From an uncultured Lachnospiraceae bacterium (GTDB taxonomy: Bacteria; Bacillota; Clostridia; Lachnospirales; Lachnospiraceae): a DNA stretch of 64,000 nucleotides. The DNA lies in contig CANOKL010000012.1 in the NCBI GenBank assembly GCA_947566645.1, positions 21,951 through 85,950 on the forward strand, written 5' to 3'. Below the pieces are notes generated by a model, which ran no database searches, was not told the DNA's origin, and saw only the letters and a program-made list of their open reading frames with translations. The position numbers were made by a program, and so were the translations under genes. Shown piece after piece: positions 1 through 8,201 of the stretch; the first letter of the stretch is position 1; each line of letters opens with the position of its first letter.

Positions 1-2725
1 CACCTACGAATCTTGTAACAGCCGGAGCTGCGATCATGGCCATACCGCCGACGCCGAAGGTCTCTGTGATCGCGCTGTCACCCATATCCGGACATGCGTC
101 CTCAGCGTCATAGCCTGTGAAGTAGAGTCCCTGAGGCGTATTGACCGGGCCTGTGAACCACTCATCGCCCATACCTGCGATGCGGATACCGAACTCATAG
201 CCGTTGCGGCACATAGCGGTAACAATGGTTCCGTCTGTGTCTTTTCTTGCATCATCCATGACAGCCTTGCCTGTAGCCATCATGATGTTTAAGAAGAACT
301 GGTCTGTATCAGCCAGGAACTTGATGACGTCATAGCGGTCCTTCTCGTCCATATCCATTGCAGTGATGATCGGAGCAACCTCTTTTAAGAATGCAAGGGA
401 TGCTGCGATATTTCTCTGATGGAACTCATCGCCCATGGCAACTGCTTTTGCGATTAATGGATTGATTGCAAGGCCATTCTCCATGGAGCGAAGTGCTTTT
501 CCAAGTGTGGGGCCTAATACGTCTCTCATCCAGCGTAAGCGGTTTACCACTTCTTCGTCATATGCACCGAAACGGAGAACCTTTCCGATACCCTCATTCA
601 TGGTACAGTATGCCTTGTTGCCGCCGGTCTCATTCTCTACTACGAATACTGCCATATTCGGAGAGGTGATACCGCCCATTGGTCCTACTGCATTGCAGTG
701 GTGGCATGGGATGAACTTAATCTCCCCGCCTTCCAGCATCTTTCTTGCTTCTTCCTCTGTAGAAGCCCACTCTTCAAACATAACCGCGCCTACACATGAT
801 CCCTGCATCGGGTCAGGCATGTTCTCGTAAGCTACCGGAGGACCAGCGTGAAGGATTACCTTGCCGCCGTTTTCTGCGAACTCCGGAATGACTTCCTTTG
901 CACGTACATTGTCCTTAAGTACCGGCTGGCTGGCTACAACCTTCTCGATGACTCCGCGGTTCTTCTCATCAATGCCCTCATAATTTCTCAGGAAGTTGAG
1001 GATCTTGATCAGCTCCACATTTCCTCCTGCAGGCGGCTGCCAGTCATACTGTACGACTTCGCATCCGAACTGCTCTACTACTTCTGCAAAGCTCTTAAGG
1101 CCGATGTTGATGATGTTCGGCTTCTCGGAAAGTAATGCGCGGAGTTTGTCAGACGGTGCATGCTTCTCTACCTCTGCAACCTCTTTTGCGCGGATCTCTT
1201 TTACCGGCTCCTGGAAATCTCTTCCGATTGCGCGGATTGCGGTGCGGCATGCAAGCTTGTTGTTCTCGCATACGATCACGCCTGCTTCTTTTAATTTATT
1301 GACAGCCTCGTCATATCCCTGGTAATCGCTTCTTGTACCGCATACAGTTGCAACGAAGAATACTTTTCTTCCCTGTGCCTCTGCTTTTTCTTTCAGGGCA
1401 ACAATAGACGGAAGGAGTGCTCCTGCCATATCGGCGTGTGAGCCGTAGCCAAGCATAATGTCAAGGAGAACTGCTCCTGTGGTCGGATCATCCACTGCCT
1501 CCTGCATACACTCAATACGCTTTGCAGGATCAATCATCGGATGGGGCTTGCCCTGTGTATAAGCATCATCCCCAAGGTCTACGACGATGTTGCCGTCTAA
1601 CTGGAGCATATAGCCTTCAATGTCCTCTGGCGGTACTTTGCAGTTCATGGCGTCCTTAATGAGCATCGCTGCCTCATTTGCCAGTGTTCCGCCTGAGTAG
1701 TAAGCTTTGATGGTCTTGCCGTCCTCTGCCTTGTAGAACTCGGACTCGTCAAGATCAATGGATGCTTCCGGAACTTCTGTGCCTCTTACAAGGCTGACTG
1801 CCTTGCGTGCAGCTTCGTCCAGTGTATAGCAGTGATAGAAGTTTTCCTCATGGTATTCCGGCTTCTCGCCAACGAATAAGGTGACAACCGGCTTGCTGAA
1901 GCTGGAAAGTCTTGCGGAGATCATGTCGCGCACTTCCTTTGCCGGCGGCTTGGAAACGATCACAAGCACCTTAACTGTATCGTCGTCTTCCATGGCGTCA
2001 ATCATATCCATCATGGTGATTCCGCCGATCTTTGCATTCAGGTCACGTCCGCCGATACCGATGGCATTGGTAACGCCCTCGCCTAATCTGTCAATGATGG
2101 TAGTAAGCTCCTGGATTCCTGTTCCGGATGCGCCGATAATACCGATGGAGCCTTTTGTAACCTTGTTGGTAAATGCAATCGGAACTCCCTGGATAATGCC
2201 TGTACCGCAGTCAGGACCCATCACTGCCAGTCCTTTTGCGTGAGCCTTCTCCTTTAATGCCTTCTCGTCCTCTACAGTTACGTTGTCAGAGAACATGAAT
2301 ACATTCAGTCCCTCGTCAAGGGCACGGTCAGCCTCAAGGGCTGCGTACGCTCCTGGGATGGAGATAACTGCAAGGTTTGCTTCCGGAGCTTTCTTAAGCG
2401 CCTTATCCCATGATTTGACACTCTCAGCGCCCTTCTTTCCTTCTGCAGCCGTGGACTGTTTCTTTAAGAACTCTTCTACTTTCCCAAGAACAACGTCAAG
2501 TACGCCGTCCTCTTCAATATCTGCTACAACTACCATATCATTTGCAGTAGCTGCCATCAGCTCCTCTGTATCAAGTCCGCTTGACTTAAAGATATCCTTG
2601 TTAGCCGGTGTTGCCATCATAACCTGAATCTTATTGACTCCTTCTACAGAAGAAATCTCATTGGTAAGAAGCATAAGTACTACTGAGTCCTGATAACTTC
2701 CTTTTTTAACAACTGTTTTTAACAT
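1..2725 (-). CDS. FdrA-like (succinyl-CoA-synthetase-alpha-like) protein fused to a YlbE/DUF1116-like domain; partial, 3' end beyond window edge
   Basis: Absent from the ORF track because no stop lies in the window. My minus-strand translation from ATG 2725 (RBS-like AGAAAGGGAA upstream) gives MLKTVVKKGSYQDSVVLMLL...GPDCGTGIIQGVPIAF...IGIIGASGTGIQELT (FdrA/SucD-like). It continues without a stop into ...IPCHHCNAVGPMGGITSPNM...GDSAITETFGVGGMAM (YlbE-like). No other minus ORF >=60 aa is listed in 256-2745, consistent with one open frame of >=908 codons. Confidence 0.7.
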   Translation of the reverse strand, partial: MLKTVVKKGSYQDSVVLMLLTNEISSVEGVNKIQVMMATPANKDIFKSSGLDTEELMAATANDMVVVADIEEDGVLDVVLGKVEEFLKKQSTAAEGKKGAESVKSWDKALKKAPEANLAVISIPGAYAALEADRALDEGLNVFMFSDNVTVEDEKALKEKAHAKGLAVMGPDCGTGIIQGVPIAFTNKVTKGSIGIIGASGTGIQELTTIIDRLGEGVTNAIGIGGRDLNAKIGGITMMDMIDAMEDDDTVKVLVIVSKPPAKEVRDMISARLSSFSKPVVTLFVGEKPEYHEENFYHCYTLDEAARKAVSLVRGTEVPEASIDLDESEFYKAEDGKTIKAYYSGGTLANEAAMLIKDAMNCKVPPEDIEGYMLQLDGNIVVDLGDDAYTQGKPHPMIDPAKRIECMQEAVDDPTTGAVLLDIMLGYGSHADMAGALLPSIVALKEKAEAQGRKVFFVATVCGTRSDYQGYDEAVNKLKEAGVIVCENNKLACRTAIRAIGRDFQEPVKEIRAKEVAEVEKHAPSDKLRALLSEKPNIINIGLKSFAEVVEQFGCEVVQYDWQPPAGGNVELIKILNFLRNYEGIDEKNRGVIEKVVASQPVLKDNVRAKEVIPEFAENGGKVILHAGPPVAYENMPDPMQGSCVGAVMFEEWASTEEEARKMLEGGEIKFIPCHHCNAVGPMGGITSPNMAVFVVENETGGNKAYCTMNEGIGKVLRFGAYDEEVVNRLRWMRDVLGPTLGKALRSMENGLAINPLIAKAVAMGDEFHQRNIAASLAFLKEVAPIITAMDMDEKDRYDVIKFLADTDQFFLNIMMATGKAVMDDARKDTDGTIVTAMCRNGYEFGIRIAGMGDEWFTGPVNTPQGLYFTGYDAEDACPDMGDSAITETFGVGGMAMIAAPAVTRFVG

Positions 2726-2745
2726 GTTTTTTCCCTTTCTGTTTA

Positions 2746-3813
2746 TTAATCTGCGAATCTGTTTTTGTGGTCATATCTGTCAAAGTGAACCTTGTCGCCC
2801 TTCAGATATTCTACCAGCTCGTCAACAACCTCAATTCCGCCTGATTCATAAGCCTTGTCTCTTCTCATGACAGCTCTCTCGCCCGGATAGTATACCTTGC
2901 CGTATCCCGGAGCCGCCTTCATCTCACCGAGCTCGTCACAGGTCTTGGACATATTTGCCTTGAACTGCTCTGCACCGCAGAATCTCTCCGGATCCATAAC
3001 GATAATCATCTGTCCCAGCTCACGGCCCTTGGAGCAGTCATGATACATGGAGCTTACATGCTTTCCAAACGGAACGCCGAGAAGCACGCCTGAGAATACG
3101 TCTACCATCATCATAAGGCCATATCCTTTCGCGCCTGCAATCGGTGTGAGGGCATTTACCTTGTGTGGGTCTGTAACAGGCTCTCCGTTTACATCCACTG
3201 CCCAGTCAGAAGGAATCTCCACTCCCTGGGAGCGCTTGTCAAGAATCTTGCCCCATGCCTGAACGGTTGTCGCCATATCAAATACTACCCTGCGGTCATC
3301 TGCTGTCGGAGCCGCAAAGGAGATCGGGTTTGTCCCATAGTACGGCTCTGTTCCGCCATATGGCACTGCCATCGGGTCAGACTGGCAGAAAGTAATGGCT
3401 GCAAGGCCTTCCTTTGCACACATCTCGGTATAATAACCAATGGAGCCTGTGTGGGAAATGTTCGCCATACCTACGATTGCCACGCCGTTTTCTTTTGCCA
3501 TCTCAATTGCTTTCTCTGTAGCCTTTGTAGCTACCCAGTAACCAATGCCGTTGTCTCCGTCCATGATGCCGGAGCAGGGGCCTGTCTGGTTCCATGTGAT
3601 GTTCGGCTCATGTGTGATGCCGCCCTTGGCAATTCTCTCGCTGTAGTATTCCACACGTACTGCACCGTGTGAAGCATATCCTCTCTCATGTGACCATGTC
3701 AGAATCTCTGCCGTCTGCTCGGCATGATCCTCTCTTAAACCTGCCTGCACCAGTTTATTTTTCATCAAGCCTTTTAATTCATCTCTTGAAAGTTTCATCT
3801 GTGTCCCCACCAT
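2746..3813 (-). CDS. allD: ureidoglycolate dehydrogenase (Ldh_2 malate/L-lactate dehydrogenase family)
   Basis: ORF track 355 aa. MKLSRDELKGLMKNKLVQAGL...SHGAVRVEYYSERIAKGG...FDMATTVQAWGKILD...GYGLMMMVDVFSGVLLG closely parallels E. coli AllD as I recall it. The likely true start is the second Met (MKLS, 3798), preceded by GGTGGGGA. Confidence 0.8.
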   Translation of the reverse strand: MVGTQMKLSRDELKGLMKNKLVQAGLREDHAEQTAEILTWSHERGYASHGAVRVEYYSERIAKGGITHEPNITWNQTGPCSGIMDGDNGIGYWVATKATEKAIEMAKENGVAIVGMANISHTGSIGYYTEMCAKEGLAAITFCQSDPMAVPYGGTEPYYGTNPISFAAPTADDRRVVFDMATTVQAWGKILDKRSQGVEIPSDWAVDVNGEPVTDPHKVNALTPIAGAKGYGLMMMVDVFSGVLLGVPFGKHVSSMYHDCSKGRELGQMIIVMDPERFCGAEQFKANMSKTCDELGEMKAAPGYGKVYYPGERAVMRRDKAYESGGIEVVDELVEYLKGDKVHFDRYDHKNRFAD

Positions 3814-3903
3814 CCTTTTTTTATTTCCGCCACGCCCAGGCGGATGTTATACGGGCTTTGCAGCAAAGTGCAAAATCCCGGCCAGACTGTTATATAATGA
3901 TTT

Positions 3904-4698
3904 CTATAATGCAACATCTCTGTTACAGTCTTTGGAGTAGATATAAGTCGTAACTTCTTCACGTCCCTGGTCACCTACTGCATAGCATGCCTGTGGGCAG
4001 TACGCATCCATGAATACATAGTCGCCCTTCTTAACCGGCACCCACTCATCATCCAGTCTGTACATTGCTTTTCCGGATAAGAATAACATTCCGTGCTCCT
4101 GTACATGTGTCTCGATGTATCCGTGGGAAGCCCCGATGTGGAATTTCAGGATGTGCATGTTCATGTCAAATCCGAAATCATCTGTTGGAAGGAAGTTCTG
4201 GATATAGCAGTTCTCCATTCCCTCATAGGAAATCCACTCTAACTCATTTGCATTGCCAACGATTGTGTATGCGCTGTATCCTTCTACTTTCTCATATCTG
4301 CGTCTGTAGAGATAAAGCTTTGCGTCTGCGTCTCCCTTGTTCTCAAAGGAAACCGGCTTATCCTCTGGAGAGTAGATGTATCCGCCCTGTGTAAGAGCCT
4401 CTTCCTTATCTGCATTCTTTACGGTAACCTCGCCCTCGACTACGTAAAGGAATGTCTCAATGCCGTCTCCGCCGATGCCGTCTTTCTTTCCTCCCGCATG
4501 TGCGGTTACAAGATAGTCTGCAAAGGAAGCTCCCATGGCCGGTGATCCGAGAATGGTCACGTCGCAGTTCACATATCCTGGAATTGCATTCTTTACAAGT
4601 CCGTCCGGCTCAAGAAGCACCCAGTTTTCTTTCTTGATCACGGAACGTGTCTGCAGCAGTTCGTCGCGGTATCCAACCTGATTGTTTAAATAGCTCAT
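3904..4698 (-). CDS. allE: (S)-ureidoglycine aminohydrolase (bicupin)
   Basis: ORF track 264 aa. MSYLNNQVGYRDELL...FGFDMNMHILKF..GASHGYIETHVQEHG...YIYSKDCNRDV matches E. coli YlbA/AllE almost motif for motif. Confidence 0.85.
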   Translation of the reverse strand: MSYLNNQVGYRDELLQTRSVIKKENWVLLEPDGLVKNAIPGYVNCDVTILGSPAMGASFADYLVTAHAGGKKDGIGGDGIETFLYVVEGEVTVKNADKEEALTQGGYIYSPEDKPVSFENKGDADAKLYLYRRRYEKVEGYSAYTIVGNANELEWISYEGMENCYIQNFLPTDDFGFDMNMHILKFHIGASHGYIETHVQEHGMLFLSGKAMYRLDDEWVPVKKGDYVFMDAYCPQACYAVGDQGREEVTTYIYSKDCNRDVAL

Positions 4699-4775
4699 TG
4701 TGAAGTCCTCTCTTTCTTATAATTGTTAAAAAATGGATTATTAGGTTATTGTGGTCAACCAGTTTTTATACTCTT

Positions 4776-4804
4776 ATTATGACAACTCTTCTTAAAATTT
4801 TCAA
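4776..4804 (-). promoter_or_regulatory. candidate sigma-A promoter for the allE-allD-fdrA operon
   Basis: The minus strand reads TTGAAA-17 nt-CATAAT, about 75 nt upstream of the allE ATG. Confidence 0.3.
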
Positions 4805-4874
4805 TTGACATTTTAGACAAATTACAAATGATTTTTTTGGTGATTTTGCGAGGAGCACGGCATCATGAATGCTC

Positions 4875-4902
4875 TTGAAATCCCCTGTTTTTGTGATATA
4901 CT
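4875..4902 (+). promoter_or_regulatory. candidate sigma-A promoter (extended -10) for the hydrolase gene
   Basis: TTGAAA (4875-4880), 16-nt spacer, TGaTATACT (4894-4902), about 130 nt upstream of ATG 5035. Confidence 0.3.
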
Positions 4903-5034
4903 ATTATTTGACGGGAAAATTCCACTTATACCCCCGTCTGTTAAATATTAGACAATAAATTTTAAAAAAGCGCTATGCTTTCAACCACATTTTAACGCGC
5001 ATATTCGACATTATAATAAAAAGGAGGAGACTTT

Positions 5035-5898
5035 ATGTTAAAGAAAAAAGAAATACTCATCCCCGCCGATACATACGAAAAGCATGCGGTTATCTACCAT
5101 GACACGGATGCTGTGCCAAAGGCCTGTATTTTATATTTCCACGGCGGCGGATTATTATACGGAACAAAGACAGATTTGCCGGATTTTCATGTAAAGACGC
5201 TGACAGAGGCCGGATATCAGATCATTGCCTTTGATTATCCCCTGGCTCCGGCAGCGAAGCTGGATCTGATCTTAGAGGATGTGTGTGCTTCAGTTAATCA
5301 TTATGTAAAGTACGCTTCTATGTATACAGAAAAAAAGCTCCCATATTTCCTGTGGGGGCGCTCTGCAGGGGCATATCTGTGCCTGCTTGCAGCGGCAGGC
5401 GGCAAATTAACGGAAAAGCCCGTGGGCATCCTTTCTTATTATGGATACGGTTTTCTGTGCGACGGGTGGTTCATGACGCCCAGCAAATATTATAATACCC
5501 TCCCTCCTGTCAGTGAGTCCGCCCTGGGAGCCATCCCCTCCGGAATCCACGCAGAAGGAGCCCTGGACAGGCATTACAGCGTTTATGTATATGCAAGGCA
5601 GAAGGGAAACTGGATTGACCTGATCTACGCAGGGAGACAGAAGTTCTTTTACCTGGACTATACCCTCCGGGTGTGCGACAAGATGCCCTGCCCCATCTTC
5701 TGCGCACACAGCACCGGGGATACGGATGTTCCTTACTCCGAATTCCTGGAACTGTGCAATAAATACCGGGCGCAGAGATTCGTTGTGTCCCACAATATGC
5801 ATGATTTCGACCGGGACGCGGAAAGTCCCACGACAGCAAGGCTTTTAGAGGCTACCATTAAATTTCTGGATCTGAAATTGGGGACGGGGCATTTTTAA
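5035..5898 (+). CDS. alpha/beta hydrolase (esterase/lipase, hormone-sensitive-lipase-like fold)
   Basis: ORF track 287 aa. Oxyanion-hole motif YFHGGGLLYG, nucleophile elbow GRSAGAY, RBS AAAGGAGGAG before the ATG. The last residues LGTGHF and the stop come from the palindromic repeat. Confidence 0.7.
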   Translation: MLKKKEILIPADTYEKHAVIYHDTDAVPKACILYFHGGGLLYGTKTDLPDFHVKTLTEAGYQIIAFDYPLAPAAKLDLILEDVCASVNHYVKYASMYTEKKLPYFLWGRSAGAYLCLLAAAGGKLTEKPVGILSYYGYGFLCDGWFMTPSKYYNTLPPVSESALGAIPSGIHAEGALDRHYSVYVYARQKGNWIDLIYAGRQKFFYLDYTLRVCDKMPCPIFCAHSTGDTDVPYSEFLELCNKYRAQRFVVSHNMHDFDRDAESPTTARLLEATIKFLDLKLGTGHF

Positions 5899-5915
5899 AA
5901 ATGCCCCGTCCCCAA
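5878..5915. repeat. 38-bp perfect palindromic element, copy 1
   Basis: TTGGGGACGGGGCATTTTTAAAAATGCCCCGTCCCCAA. It lies between the convergent hydrolase gene and the 55-aa ORF. Confidence 0.9.
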
Positions 5916-5919
5916 CCTT

Positions 5920-6087
5920 CTAATTCTCTTTTGTTCCTAAAAATGCAACAACGCCATAACCTACTGCCGCTGCAAAAAAAGCTGCACCGGTTAAAAAACG
6001 CGAGACATCCAACTCCCCTGTCAGCATGATCCCGATCAGCGTAAAAACAATCGCTACAATACATATTATAACTCGCACTTTTTTCAT
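5920..6087 (-). CDS. small two-TM membrane protein (55 aa), below ORF-track cutoff
   Basis: Hand translation: MKKVRVIICIVAIVFTLIGIMLTGELDVSRFLTGAAFFAAAVGYGVVAFLGTKEN*. Strong RBS TTTAGGAGGTGAGTTT directly before the ATG; the stop is 5 nt from repeat copy 1. Confidence 0.5.
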   Translation of the reverse strand: MKKVRVIICIVAIVFTLIGIMLTGELDVSRFLTGAAFFAAAVGYGVVAFLGTKEN

Positions 6088-6171
6088 AAACTCACCTCCT
6101 AAAGTCTCTCATCAAGCATATAATTTTACCAAAGTTTCCATTTTTCATTTAAAGTTTTCCTTATTCTCTAA

Positions 6172-6369
6172 TCAATGTTCTATTTTGTCTCCTATACTTT
6201 TTACAATCAAACAATCGCACCCCTCACAATACCACGCTCCCTTCGTTGTATTCATTAAAAATTTTACTTTACCAAAGGTAAATTTTCTCCCGTCAACGCC
6301 CTTCCACATTGGAGCACACTTATAACACTTTATTGAACCCTCCAACATCTTTTTTCGCAATAAGGACAC
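6172..6369 (-). CDS. small CxxC zinc-ribbon-like ORF, possibly interrupted at an A6 tract
   Basis: ORF track 65 aa with KCYKC...CEGCDC. An upstream 14-codon ORF (ATG 6374, MKCPYCEKRCWRVQ*) with SD GGGAGGTGG would fuse to it by a single-A change at 6350-6355. Confidence 0.3.
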   Translation of the reverse strand: MSLLRKKMLEGSIKCYKCAPMWKGVDGRKFTFGKVKFLMNTTKGAWYCEGCDCLIVKSIGDKIEH

Positions 6370-6444
6370 TTCATTCTACATTTCCACCTCCCGTGCACTC
6401 ATTACAGCCGAAACTATATCTCCCATTAAATTCATTTTTTTGTA

Positions 6445-8073
6445 TTACCCAATCAAAACTCTTTTGCCCTCAAAAGCGAATCCATAATGATGGATCCTGT
6501 CTGCCGGAATCCCCCGGGTCTTCAGGTTCCTGTCATAATCCTTCTCCCGGATCTGCGCAAGCGCCGCCTGGACCGTGTCTTCAAGCGTTTTTTCTTCATC
6601 GGAATCATGAACCTTGAACTCCATCACGATCGCAGGCAATCCGGAATCTGCCGCCCGGACTGGCTCCATCACCACATCATAACGTCCCATGCCGCTTTCG
6701 CGGTTGGATGTTACGATATAGTCATCACGCCTGTCTACAATCAGGCCAAGCACAAAACCATGAAAGAAGCGTTCTGGTTCTGTATGTCCGGAGGGCTTCT
6801 TTCCAGTATCAAATGAACTGAAGGTTGCAAGTGCAACTTGATTCATATAATAATTCATGGCTTTCAGGTCCCCGGCCAGGAGTGACTTTACAAAGTCATG
6901 GTATCTTGCGTTTCCGTCCCGAAACCACAGTTTAATCATATTTTCAAACATGAGCAGAACTTCAAAATTGGTAATCTTCAGCTCATGTTCCATCTTCTTT
7001 GTTCTTGGATGGATGCGGTATGACTCCACCTTCATATATCCGCTGGCAAGCAGCAGGCTCCAGATGGCGTCTTCATTTCCTTCCAGCTGTTTAAAAACAA
7101 TCTGTTCGTCCAGTTCTGCCCGTATGCTCCCGCCGTCCAGCAAATCTTCCATCTGCTGTTTGACCGCCGTGCTCCCGGTGCGGATCAGGGCATTTACCAA
7201 TGCATTGGAACTGCTGTCCGCCCAATAGGGCGCATACTTCCTTTTATCCAGAAAATTCGTGATGGACCATGGATTATAGATATCCCTGTATTCTCCAAAG
7301 GTAAATCCATCATACCATGCTTTCACTTCCTCTTTCTGTTCAGGCATCCCCGCTTCCTCAAGAGAAGCAAAGACCTCTTCCTCCGTAAATCCAAAGCAGG
7401 AAGCATATGCATCGGACGTTGTCGTAACCACCTCAATATTATTCAGATCCGAGAAAATGGATTCCTTGCTCACTCTTGTAATTCCCGTCATAACCGCCCG
7501 TTCCAGATATGGATTTGTCTTGAATGTTGCATTAAAGAGGCTTCTGATAAATGTAGCCATCTCCTCCCAGTAGCCGCCCACATAAGCCTCCTGCAGCGGC
7601 GTGTCGTATTCGTCTAATAAAACGATGACCTTTTTCCCGTAATACCGGTTTAAGTATCCCATTAAAGCCCGAACGGCGATTTCTGCCTCTTCATTCTTCA
7701 TGCCCGGTTTCACTGCGGCGTACTGCTCCTTTTCCTTCTCGTTAAGCAAATTCCCCTCCAACACAAACTCATTCTGATTATACAATTCGGTCAGATTCTG
7801 CTTGATGCGGGTAATTGCGGCCTCGCAGGTATTGGATTTGATGTCTGCAAACGTAAGAAAAAGGACAGGATAGATTCCCTGCAGCTGCCGGTATCTCTCG
7901 TATTCCCAGATGGCCAGTCCATCGAACAGATCCCCCCGGCCTTTATACTTCATGGAAAAGAAGCATTCCAGCATATTCATATTAAGGGTTTTCCCAAAAC
8001 GGCGCGGACGTGTAATCAGAGTCACTTTGTCCTCCGACTCCCACCATTCTTTGATAAACTCTGTCTTATCCAC
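6445..8073 (-). CDS. AAA-ATPase-like N-terminal domain + PD-(D/E)XK_9 nuclease-fold C-terminal domain protein (paralog 1)
   Basis: ORF track 542 aa. RPRRFGKTLNMNML (Walker-A-like), VIVLLDEYD (Walker-B-like), C-terminal GRYDVVMEP...AIVMEFKV (PD-(D/E)XK-like). The ORF-track start is a GTG; family-conserved residues continue upstream to a TAA at 8131-8133. Confidence 0.7.
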   Translation of the reverse strand: MDKTEFIKEWWESEDKVTLITRPRRFGKTLNMNMLECFFSMKYKGRGDLFDGLAIWEYERYRQLQGIYPVLFLTFADIKSNTCEAAITRIKQNLTELYNQNEFVLEGNLLNEKEKEQYAAVKPGMKNEEAEIAVRALMGYLNRYYGKKVIVLLDEYDTPLQEAYVGGYWEEMATFIRSLFNATFKTNPYLERAVMTGITRVSKESIFSDLNNIEVVTTTSDAYASCFGFTEEEVFASLEEAGMPEQKEEVKAWYDGFTFGEYRDIYNPWSITNFLDKRKYAPYWADSSSNALVNALIRTGSTAVKQQMEDLLDGGSIRAELDEQIVFKQLEGNEDAIWSLLLASGYMKVESYRIHPRTKKMEHELKITNFEVLLMFENMIKLWFRDGNARYHDFVKSLLAGDLKAMNYYMNQVALATFSSFDTGKKPSGHTEPERFFHGFVLGLIVDRRDDYIVTSNRESGMGRYDVVMEPVRAADSGLPAIVMEFKVHDSDEEKTLEDTVQAALAQIREKDYDRNLKTRGIPADRIHHYGFAFEGKRVLIG

Positions 8074-8163
8074 ATAAAAACATTTTCTCTCGCGTATTGA
8101 ATCAAAGCCATCATTTCCGATACTAACGGTTTACACTCCTATACACCACCCTTACATCTGCTT

Positions 8164-8201
8164 GTGGGGTGGGTTTAAAATAAATTTTACCCCGTCCCCA
8201 A
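8164..8201. repeat. degenerate copy of the palindromic element, copy 2
   Basis: GTGGGGTGGGTTTAAAATAAATTTTACCCCGTCCCCAA. The right arm is intact and the left arm decayed. It supplies LGTG and the stop of the next CDS. Confidence 0.6.
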
